A stretch of DNA of 32,000 bases from the NCBI RefSeq assembly GCF_000025925.1, contig NC_014033.1, positions 2,340,001 to 2,372,000 of the forward strand. The letters run 5' to 3'. A model generated the notes under the pieces. That model worked only from the letters and a program-made list of their open reading frames with translations, made no database searches and was not told the DNA's origin. Both the position numbers and the translations under genes were made by a program. Source of the DNA: Xylanibacter ruminicola 23. Lineage in GTDB: Bacteria > Bacteroidota > Bacteroidia > Bacteroidales > Bacteroidaceae. This document shows, in pieces, positions 1-7,346 of the stretch (position 1 is its first letter; each line of letters begins with the position of its first letter).

Positions 1-392
1 TCTGACCTTGACATTTCAGCTTTCTCCTCATCGTTCATGGTGTAGTTTACCAGGCTATCCTTGAATTCGCGGATACACTCCACATCTACGCCAACGGGCT
101 TATCGCTGATGACACAGATGGCAGCCTCCTTGCAATGACTCAGATTAAAATATATCTTCGGATGGCCCACAATGCTGGGTTTGCCGTGCTCGTTATAGTC
201 GAAGATGGGATTATCGGTGATGCCATACTCCTGGCGTAAGCCCTCCTTCAACAGCTGGTAGGCCAGCACGCACAAACGCTGCCCCTGTTCGTGTTTAAAC
301 TTCAGGGCCTGCTCGCGGCGCTGCTCCGAAATCTCAGCCAATGCCGCTTGCAAGTCAAAATCCCATATCTTCTCGCTTATATATACTCCCAT
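1..392 (-). CDS. 4'-phosphopantetheinyl transferase (Sfp/EntD superfamily), N-terminal part; the 3' end runs off the window
   Basis: Minus-strand ATG at 392-390. My translation is MGVYISEKIWDFDLQAALAEISEQRREQALKFKHEQGQRLCVLAYQLLKEGLRQEYGITDNPIFDYNEHGKPSIVGHPKIYFNLSHCKEAAICVISDKPVGVDVECIREF... It carries the GKP, FN(L)SH and G(V)D(V)E motifs typical of PPTases. It is absent from the ORF track because it is open at the window edge. Confidence 0.7.
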   Translation of the reverse strand, partial: MGVYISEKIWDFDLQAALAEISEQRREQALKFKHEQGQRLCVLAYQLLKEGLRQEYGITDNPIFDYNEHGKPSIVGHPKIYFNLSHCKEAAICVISDKPVGVDVECIREFKDSLVNYTMNDEEKAEMSRS

Positions 393-403
393 TTTCTTTT
401 TTT

Positions 404-553
404 TTAGCAATGTCTTTCATACGAAACACCCAATTCGTCAAGTTCTATACATAGAGCATTTTCATATACAGACTCTAAGAAACCTGTCCCTAAAGTACTT
501 AAGACTGTAAAATATGCCTTTAGTATCTTCCCTGATAGTTCTTCGTATAACAT
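404..553 (-). pseudogene. Truncated GxxExxY-family (PD-(D/E)XK-like) gene remnant
   Basis: From ATG 553: MLYEELSGKILKAYFTVLSTLGTGFLESVYENALCIELDELGVSYERHC*. It contains the G-F-L-E-S-V-Y signature but stops after 49 aa. Family members are about 120-130 aa (from memory). The ORF-track extension to 643 overlaps rmuC and is not credible. Confidence 0.55.
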
Positions 554-587
554 AAATCCTAAAATCCTGTAGTCCGTTGCTAAAAAA
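554..587 (-). repeat. Half copy (left arm) of the GGA-octamer palindromic element
   Basis: The reverse complement, TTTTTTAGCAACGGACTACAGGATTTTAGGATTT, abuts ATG 553 of the GxxExxY remnant. It matches the left arms at 27191, 27578 and 28238. It ends exactly at the rmuC stop codon (588-590). Confidence 0.6.
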
Positions 588-1889
588 TCATTCAATACCA
601 ATCTCAGGTGTGGGGATTTTACGGTTTGGATTCTCCTTGGCACCTAGGGTGATTAGTTCTTGGGCTTTTTGGGTGACGCTTTGACGACCAGTTATCAACT
701 TGTTATTGGTGTTGTCGTAAGCCTTCTGCACAGCCTCAATCTTACTACCCAGGTCGTTATAGCGCTGCACAAAGTCGCCTAAGCGATCCAACAACTGCTC
801 AGCCAAGCCAAATACTTTCTCCTGATTCTCGGCCTGCTGGTTCTGCACCCAGGCAATGTGTATCATGTGCAGAATGCCCAACAGGTTCTGCTCGCCCGTT
901 ACAAACACCTTCTTTTCGAAAGCCTCGCGCCACAACGTAGGATCATTGGCCAATGCCAACTGCAGCGATGACTCGAAGGGTACGAACATAATCACGAAAT
1001 CAATCACATCGCGACCATTCTTCACATACTTCGAGTAGTCCTTACGTGCCAACTCGTTTACATGCTGACGCACACTCTTGATGTGGTCCTGCAGGTAACG
1101 CTCCTTATCCTCGGGTGTCTCGGCATTCACGTATTTCTCGTAGGCTACCAACGATACCTTCGAATCGATGATAGCATCCTGCCCCTGTGGGTAATGCAGA
1201 ATCACGTCGGGCTGCATCTCGCGACCGGTCTCATCGTGTTTCATGGGACGTCCGAGTTCATCGCGCAAACGGGCCTGCACCTCGTAGTGGATGCCCTCCG
1301 TCAGACCCTGACTATTCAGCAGGTCGCCCAGAATAATCTCGCCCATGTTACCACTCACCTTGTTATCGCGTCGCAGCACATTCGTCAAGTTTTCAGCCTT
1401 CTCACCCAGTTGCTGCGTTTGTTGCATCATCAGCAGCATCTGCTCACGAAACGAAGCCGAATGGGCTGCGCTCTCCTTTTGGTTTTCACTGATAGCCTTC
1501 TGCATGTTGGCGATAGCATCCTTCAATGGTTGCGTGATGCCAGATATTGTTTCGGTATTCGACTGCTTCAGTTTCTGGGCACTCTGCTCCAGCAGTTGCT
1601 GAGCCATATTCTTAAAGCGCTCCTCATGGCGCTGCGACTCTTCAGCCATCTGCTGATGCAGCAACTGCAACTCTCGCATCTGAGCTTCGGCACGTGCATG
1701 CAACTCACGGTTCTCACCCTCCAAGTGGCGCACTCTGCTGGTGCTCTCTGCCAACTGCTCATTCTTCAGTTTCAGCTCCATGCCAGTTTTGCCACCCTCT
1801 ATACGGAGGTGATCCATTTTGCGATCCATCAGCAGGTAAAGCGCTACAGCACCCACTGCGATACCTATTATAATATAAAGTACAATCAT
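588..1889 (-). CDS. rmuC: DNA recombination protein RmuC
   Basis: 433-aa ORF with an N-terminal TM helix and a long coiled coil. The C-terminal region (...VIDFVIMFVPFESSLQLAL...VFVTGEQNLLGILHMIHIAW...) is characteristic of the RmuC family. ATG confirmed at 1889-1887. Confidence 0.9.
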   Translation of the reverse strand: MIVLYIIIGIAVGAVALYLLMDRKMDHLRIEGGKTGMELKLKNEQLAESTSRVRHLEGENRELHARAEAQMRELQLLHQQMAEESQRHEERFKNMAQQLLEQSAQKLKQSNTETISGITQPLKDAIANMQKAISENQKESAAHSASFREQMLLMMQQTQQLGEKAENLTNVLRRDNKVSGNMGEIILGDLLNSQGLTEGIHYEVQARLRDELGRPMKHDETGREMQPDVILHYPQGQDAIIDSKVSLVAYEKYVNAETPEDKERYLQDHIKSVRQHVNELARKDYSKYVKNGRDVIDFVIMFVPFESSLQLALANDPTLWREAFEKKVFVTGEQNLLGILHMIHIAWVQNQQAENQEKVFGLAEQLLDRLGDFVQRYNDLGSKIEAVQKAYDNTNNKLITGRQSVTQKAQELITLGAKENPNRKIPTPEIGIE

Positions 1890-1914
1890 AAGTCGTATTG
1901 TTTTTATTTTGCTG

Positions 1915-1922
1915 CAAAATTA
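1915..1922 (-). promoter_or_regulatory. Bacteroidota -7 box (TAATTTTG on the minus strand) for rmuC
   Basis: Plus-strand CAAAATTA is the reverse complement of TAnnTTTG. It lies 26-33 nt upstream of the rmuC ATG. Confidence 0.4.
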
Positions 1923-2346
1923 AGCAATTTCTTCGTAATAAGGACCAAATGAACCTATAATTTTGCACAAAAAAAATGTGCATTCATTCGTTTTTCGAAA
2001 TCACGCACATTTTCACTCGTTCCGTATATTACTTCATGTCAGATTAAAGGTAAACTAGATCAGATTGTTCAATAAAACTTAAAAAACTGTTGTACGAGTG
2101 CAAATGTACGCATTTTAATCTACCAAACCAAATATTCTCTCCATTTTCTTTGCTTTGTTAACTCTATTTAACTTTAAAAAGAGGTTGTGTTCGTCCACAC
2201 AACACGAAAAACACACTAACTATGACTTTTTCTTTGCTTGGAACGTATAACCATGATTGACGACCAATGCAGTGAAAGACGTTTTTGACTAATTAAAGCG
2301 AATTTTTGGTTAAAGAATCTGTAAAATGTACGTTTTACACCTCTAT

Positions 2347-2435
2347 ATTTCGTCCACTCTTTTTAGATTTTTTAAAAATCTTATCACACTGTTAATCAGC
2401 ACTTTAGACATTTTAAGCGTATCATTTCGTCCACT
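2347..2435 (+). promoter_or_regulatory. Pair of 12-bp direct repeats ATTTCGTCCACT (2347-2358, 2424-2435) flanking a near-palindrome AGATTTTTTAAAAATCT (2365-2381); candidate PUL operator
   Basis: Exact 12-mer repeated 77 bp apart, 110-197 nt upstream of the susC-like ATG. A third partial copy, TTCGTCCAC, lies at 2190-2198. Confidence 0.3.
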
Positions 2436-2474
2436 TTTCGCTCTGTGCTGCCAAATGCGAGCATTAAAATTAAT

Positions 2475-2482
2475 TATCTTTG
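2475..2482 (+). promoter_or_regulatory. Bacteroidota -7 box TATCTTTG for the PUL operon
   Basis: Exact TAnnTTTG match 62 nt upstream of ATG 2544. The identical octamer also precedes the TA cassette (31015) and the XRE gene (31816). Confidence 0.5.
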
Positions 2483-2543
2483 CAGCAGAAAATCCTAATA
2501 GGGTATATTCTAACTTAACATTAACATTTAATAAAACCAAAGT

Positions 2544-5500
2544 ATGAAGAAAAGCAGGTTAGTAATGATGTTTCTGGCACTTATGGTGACCATGACATCT
2601 TGGGCCCAGGGAATCGTGGGCACTGTGATTGACGACCAGGGCGAGACCGTTATCGGTGCTTCGGTCGTTGAAAAAGGTAATCCTCAGAATGGTACTATTA
2701 CCGACTTTAATGGAAACTTCACCATTAAGGTTAACGAGGGCGCTACTATCGTAGTAAGTTACATTGGTTATGTAACCCAAGAACTAAAAGCAACCCGCAA
2801 CATGCGTGTGGTGCTGAAAGAAGATGCACAGACTCTGCAGGACGTAGTTGTTATCGGCTACGGTGTGCAGAAGAAGAGCGTGGTAACAGCCTCAATCGCC
2901 AAGGTTAGCTCGGATGACCTGGAGGGTAAGACACGTCTGCGTGCCGATGATGCCCTGAAAGGTCTGGCTGCTGGTGTAAACGTTACATCTGCCAACGGAC
3001 AGCCTGGTTCACAGTCGATGATTCGCGTGCGCGGTACAGGTACTATTAATGATACCAACCCGCTGTACATTATCGATGGCATGCCTACCGACCAGTACGG
3101 TCTGGAGAGCGTTAACCCTTACGATATCGAGAGTATCGAGGTACTGAAGGATGCGGCATCAGGTGCCATCTATGGTGCTCGTGCTGCCAACGGTGTCATC
3201 CTCGTTACTACTAAGAAAGGTAAAGTGGGTAAGGCTCAGATCAACTATAACTTCAGCTACGGTTGGCAGAGCGCCTGGAAGCATCGCGACGTGACCAGTG
3301 CTACCGACTATGCCATCCTGCAGAACGAGAAATACGTGAACGGCGGACAGGCTCCTTTGTATGCCGATCCTTATAACCTGACCGATGCCAACGGTAACAA
3401 GATTACCGGTTTTGGTACCGATTGGCAGGAACTGCTGTTTAACGATAACGCCCCTGTAGTACAGCACGACGTATCGGTTAGCGGTGCTACCGAAAAGGTA
3501 AACTACTACCTGTCGCTGGGTTACTACACTCAGGATGGTATCGTGGGTGGTAACTACGGCCGCTCTAACTACGACCGTTTGACCATCAACTCAAACAACC
3601 AGTTCAACCTGTTCGACGACTCAAAGGAGCGCAACTTCCTGAACAAACTGGACATCAGCGCAAACCTCTCTTATATGCGCACACATAGCACAGGTATCGA
3701 CACCAACTCTACATGGGGTTCGCCCCTGGGTTCGGCCCTGTACCTGGCTCCCACACTGCCCGTAACACTCACTGGTGCTGTGGCTCAGGATATGATTGAC
3801 CGTTACAGCGCTTACGACCTTTATCGCGACGAGAACGGCAATCCTTATACTATTCCCAACTACGTAGGTAGCTATCAGGAGCAGAACAACCCCATCGCCA
3901 TGATGCAGGGTAACCCCAGCCGCGGCTGGAGTCATAAGTTCAGACCTAAGTTTGCTATCGATCTGCAGATCTGGGACAACCTGAAGTACCACTTCACCTG
4001 GAGTGCCGAGCAGAGTTTCTGGGGCAGCGAGGGTGCTACCGTATCAAAGTACTACCTCTCTGGTAACAACAACAGCGACCACACATCGGCTTCAGCCGAG
4101 AAGGCCGACGCTACACAGTGGCAGGTTGAGAACACGCTGACTTACGACAAAGAGTTTGGCAAGCACTCTATCGGTGTAGTACTGGGTCAGAGCGCCCTGA
4201 AGTACAAGGGTAGCTACGTAGGTGCATCGCACTGGAACCTGATTAACGTAAACAAGCCTTATGTTGACTACACCACTGGTGGTAGCATTGAGACCACTAC
4301 CGATGCCGACGGCCACATTACAGGTGTTAAGAGTCTGGTTAGCGGTTGGGCTGGTCCTAACGTAGAGCATCACCTGGCTTCGCTCTTTGCCCGTTTGAGC
4401 TACAACTACGACGAGAAGTACATGTTCCAGGGCACCATCCGCCGCGATGGTTCAAGCCGCTTCGGATCAAACAACAAATATGGTGTGTTCCCCTCATTCT
4501 CTATCGGTTGGAACATCATGAACGAGGACTTCATGAAGAACACCAGCGACTGGCTCAGCAACCTGAAGTTCCGCGCCAGCTGGGGTAAGAACGGTAACGA
4601 GAACATCGGTGACTTCCGCTACACCGTGCTCACCACCACTGGTGGCACAAGCAACTACTACTTTGGCCGTCAGGGCGTGATGAATTACGGTTCGAAGGCC
4701 AACGGACTGGCTAACGAGAACCTGAAGTGGGAGGAGAGTGAGCAGACCGACCTGGGTATCGACCTGGGCCTGTGGAACAACAAGCTTACATTTACTGTTG
4801 ACTACTATATCAAGAAGACCAATGGTATGCTGATGACCATGCCTATCCCAAGCTACGTAGGTGAGACCAAGCCTATCGGTAACGTGGGCGACATGGAGAA
4901 TAAGGGTATCGAGTTTGAGCTGGGTTACAAGTTCAACATTGCCGATGCACACTTTGCCATTAAGGCCAACGCATCGCACCTGAAGAACACCCTGAAGAAC
5001 CTGGGTAACGATACTGGCTTCCTGAACTACGGTATCAGTCAGTTCAGCGATGGTGGCACACGTGCCGAGAACGGTCAGCCTTTCCCATACTTCTATGGTT
5101 ACAAGACTGCAGGTGTACTGCAGAACCAGGCCGAGGCCGATGCTTACAATGCTAAGAATCACGCTTCGTCGGTTCCTGGCGACCTGATCTTCGTGGATGT
5201 AAACGGTGATGGCTACATTACCAGCGACGACCGTACCAAGATTGGTAAGCCAACACCCGACTGGACTTACGGTTTGAACCTGAATGCCGATTGGAAGGGC
5301 TTCGACTTCAACATCTTCTTCCAGGGCGTTTATGGTGCCGATATCTTCGACGCTACCTGGCGCCAGGATATCGCATCGGGTAACTACCCAACTTGGGTGC
5401 TGCAGCGCTGGACCGGCGAGGGCACATCAAACAAGATTCCTATGCTGAAGCTGGGCGACAGCAAGAACTGGGTGGTTAGCGACATCTACGTACAGGACGG

Positions 5501-5735
5501 CAGCTACCTGCGCCTGAAGAACATCTCATTGGGTTACACACTGCCTAAGCAGCTTACCAAGCGTGTAAACATCGAGCGATTCCGCGTGTATGTTCGCGCC
5601 GAGAACCTCTTCACCTGGACCAAGTACTGGGGATTCGATCCTGAGATCGGTTCTGGCAGCACATCAATGGGTGTAGATTACGGTGTATATCCACAGGCAC
5701 GCATCTTTACTGTAGGTTGCAACCTCTCGCTGTAA
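2544..5735 (+). CDS. SusC/RagA-family TonB-dependent outer-membrane transporter
   Basis: 1063 aa with a signal peptide, a carboxypeptidase-regulatory-like N-domain (GTVIDDQGETVIGASVV), the TonB-box/plug region (DVVVIGYGVQKK, NPLYIIDG) and a C-terminal beta-barrel ending in an aromatic-rich strand. A SusD-like gene follows directly. Confidence 0.95.
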   Translation: MKKSRLVMMFLALMVTMTSWAQGIVGTVIDDQGETVIGASVVEKGNPQNGTITDFNGNFTIKVNEGATIVVSYIGYVTQELKATRNMRVVLKEDAQTLQDVVVIGYGVQKKSVVTASIAKVSSDDLEGKTRLRADDALKGLAAGVNVTSANGQPGSQSMIRVRGTGTINDTNPLYIIDGMPTDQYGLESVNPYDIESIEVLKDAASGAIYGARAANGVILVTTKKGKVGKAQINYNFSYGWQSAWKHRDVTSATDYAILQNEKYVNGGQAPLYADPYNLTDANGNKITGFGTDWQELLFNDNAPVVQHDVSVSGATEKVNYYLSLGYYTQDGIVGGNYGRSNYDRLTINSNNQFNLFDDSKERNFLNKLDISANLSYMRTHSTGIDTNSTWGSPLGSALYLAPTLPVTLTGAVAQDMIDRYSAYDLYRDENGNPYTIPNYVGSYQEQNNPIAMMQGNPSRGWSHKFRPKFAIDLQIWDNLKYHFTWSAEQSFWGSEGATVSKYYLSGNNNSDHTSASAEKADATQWQVENTLTYDKEFGKHSIGVVLGQSALKYKGSYVGASHWNLINVNKPYVDYTTGGSIETTTDADGHITGVKSLVSGWAGPNVEHHLASLFARLSYNYDEKYMFQGTIRRDGSSRFGSNNKYGVFPSFSIGWNIMNEDFMKNTSDWLSNLKFRASWGKNGNENIGDFRYTVLTTTGGTSNYYFGRQGVMNYGSKANGLANENLKWEESEQTDLGIDLGLWNNKLTFTVDYYIKKTNGMLMTMPIPSYVGETKPIGNVGDMENKGIEFELGYKFNIADAHFAIKANASHLKNTLKNLGNDTGFLNYGISQFSDGGTRAENGQPFPYFYGYKTAGVLQNQAEADAYNAKNHASSVPGDLIFVDVNGDGYITSDDRTKIGKPTPDWTYGLNLNADWKGFDFNIFFQGVYGADIFDATWRQDIASGNYPTWVLQRWTGEGTSNKIPMLKLGDSKNWVVSDIYVQDGSYLRLKNISLGYTLPKQLTKRVNIERFRVYVRAENLFTWTKYWGFDPEIGSGSTSMGVDYGVYPQARIFTVGCNLSL

Positions 5736-5779
5736 AATGTAAAAATGTAATAATGTAAAAATAAAAGAATTGAAGTATT
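5731..5779 (+). repeat. Intercistronic spacer made of TGTAAAA(A) repeats containing three ATG-TAA start-stop units
   Basis: tgTAAaATGTAAaaATGTAAtaATGTAAaaataaaag. ATGTAA occurs at 5737, 5745 and 5753 (8-nt period). The spacer begins with the susC-like stop codon. Confidence 0.6.
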
Positions 5780-7312
5780 ATGAATACGAAGATATATAAA
5801 ACACTGTTCGCTGGAGTAGTAGCCGTATCGCTGACTGCTTGTAACGACAGTTTCCTGGAGGTAGAGAACCCCACTGGTGAGCCTCTGGAGGAATATTACA
5901 TGACCGACGAGCACCTGAGCGAGGCTTGCACATCGGCCTATGCCCCACTGCACTGGCCCGACTGGGACGGAACAGCCTATAACGACCTGACTTGCGACGC
6001 CGAGATTATGGGCGACGACTTCTGGGTTGGTGGTTCGAGCATCAGCGACAACCAGCACTGGCACAAGCTGTTCAACTTTGAGGGCGACGGCAACAACACC
6101 CTGGGTACTCTTTGGGGCGACTTCTACAGCGGTATCAAGCGTTGTAACGACGTGATTAAGTACTGCTCATGGGGTGGCGGCAACGAAAAGAACCGCACAT
6201 CGTACGAGATGCAGGCCCGTCTGCTCCGCGTGTACTATTATAATATTCTGTGGCACTACTACGGCAACGTTCCTTTCTATCTGGAGAACCTGAGCGAGCC
6301 TTACACAGCCCCACAGATTACTGCTGATGAGATTTATGCACAGCTGCTGCCTGAGCTCGAGGCCATCATCGCTTCGAACGTGCTGCCTATGCGTTGGGAT
6401 GCAGCCAACGAGGGTCGCGTATCACAGGCTATGGCCTACATGCTGTATGCCGAGATGGTAATGTACCAGAACGACGCAGCCCGCTATCCTACTGCTCTTA
6501 CTTACATGAAGCAGATTATCGGCGACAGCAACTACTCGCTGAATCCCGACTTCAAGGATCTGTTCTCAGAGAACGGTGAGATGTGCTCAGAGAGCATTTT
6601 TGAGATTACTTACGACGACGATAACGCCCAGCGCGACTGGGGCACACCACTGCATGCAGGTGGTACCGTATTCCCTACACTCTGCTCGCCTAACGGTTGG
6701 GCTGGTGGCGAAGGCTGGGACAGCGGTAACGACGGTTGGGGCTTCCTGCCCATGCGCTTAGAGGCCTACAATATGTATGCCGATAACGACAAGCGTCGCG
6801 ATGTTACCTGCTGGGACGTTCGTGGCTACACCTATACCGAGCGTTATCAGGACACTCACATCTGGCACGGTAAGTATCGTCCACAGAGTGCCAACAATCA
6901 GGACTGTCCTACATCAAAGAACCTGAACTACAATAACAACAAGCGCATCTACCGCTATGCCGAGACCCTGCTGAATGCAGCCGAGCTACTGTTGCAGACA
7001 GGTGGCAGCGCAACCGAGGCCACTGGTTATGTTAACGAGGTTCGTACACGTGCAGGTCTTGCTAACCTGAGCAGCGTTACTATCGACGACGTACTGAATG
7101 AGCGTCACCTGGAGTTCTGCGGTGAGGGCAAGCGTTACTTCGACCTGGTTCGTGCCGAGGGTATCAGCGGTGCCACCGAAAAGGCTACCCTGAAGCTGGT
7201 TCCCGACACCTACGGCTATCGTACTAACACCTGGAGTGCCAGCAAGAAGCACATTCCTCTGTCACAGAGCGAGCTTGATGCCGACCCAACACTGGTGCAG
7301 AACAACTATTAA
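5780..7312 (+). CDS. SusD/RagB-family nutrient-binding outer-membrane lipoprotein
   Basis: 510 aa with a lipobox (SLTAC) and TPR-like SusD hallmarks. It sits immediately downstream of the SusC-like gene. Confidence 0.93.
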   Translation: MNTKIYKTLFAGVVAVSLTACNDSFLEVENPTGEPLEEYYMTDEHLSEACTSAYAPLHWPDWDGTAYNDLTCDAEIMGDDFWVGGSSISDNQHWHKLFNFEGDGNNTLGTLWGDFYSGIKRCNDVIKYCSWGGGNEKNRTSYEMQARLLRVYYYNILWHYYGNVPFYLENLSEPYTAPQITADEIYAQLLPELEAIIASNVLPMRWDAANEGRVSQAMAYMLYAEMVMYQNDAARYPTALTYMKQIIGDSNYSLNPDFKDLFSENGEMCSESIFEITYDDDNAQRDWGTPLHAGGTVFPTLCSPNGWAGGEGWDSGNDGWGFLPMRLEAYNMYADNDKRRDVTCWDVRGYTYTERYQDTHIWHGKYRPQSANNQDCPTSKNLNYNNNKRIYRYAETLLNAAELLLQTGGSATEATGYVNEVRTRAGLANLSSVTIDDVLNERHLEFCGEGKRYFDLVRAEGISGATEKATLKLVPDTYGYRTNTWSASKKHIPLSQSELDADPTLVQNNY

Positions 7313-7346
7313 TATTAAACATTAATGATTAAACATTAAAAAGATT

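Noticed and set aside
554-643. N-terminal extension of the 79-aa ORF (MPRRIQTVKSPHLRLVLNDFLATDYRILGF...)
   Set aside because: It overlaps the 3' end of rmuC, and its LATDYRILGF part is just the palindromic repeat arm read as protein. Only 404-553 resembles a GxxExxY protein.
1062-1952. 296-aa plus-strand ORF antisense to rmuC, and similar antisense ORFs in susC (4494-5162), GH3 (14664-15422), glnA (16012-16629, 17002-17502), dapF (18521-19312) and the replication gene (26446-27195)
   Set aside because: All lie inside confidently identified genes on the opposite strand and have biased, motif-free translations.
2326-2547. Overlapping 73-aa (+) and 65-aa (-) ORFs in the AT-rich leader of the PUL
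   Set aside because: They are mutually antisense and of AT-rich low complexity. They span the promoter -7 box and the direct repeats, so the region is more plausibly regulatory DNA.
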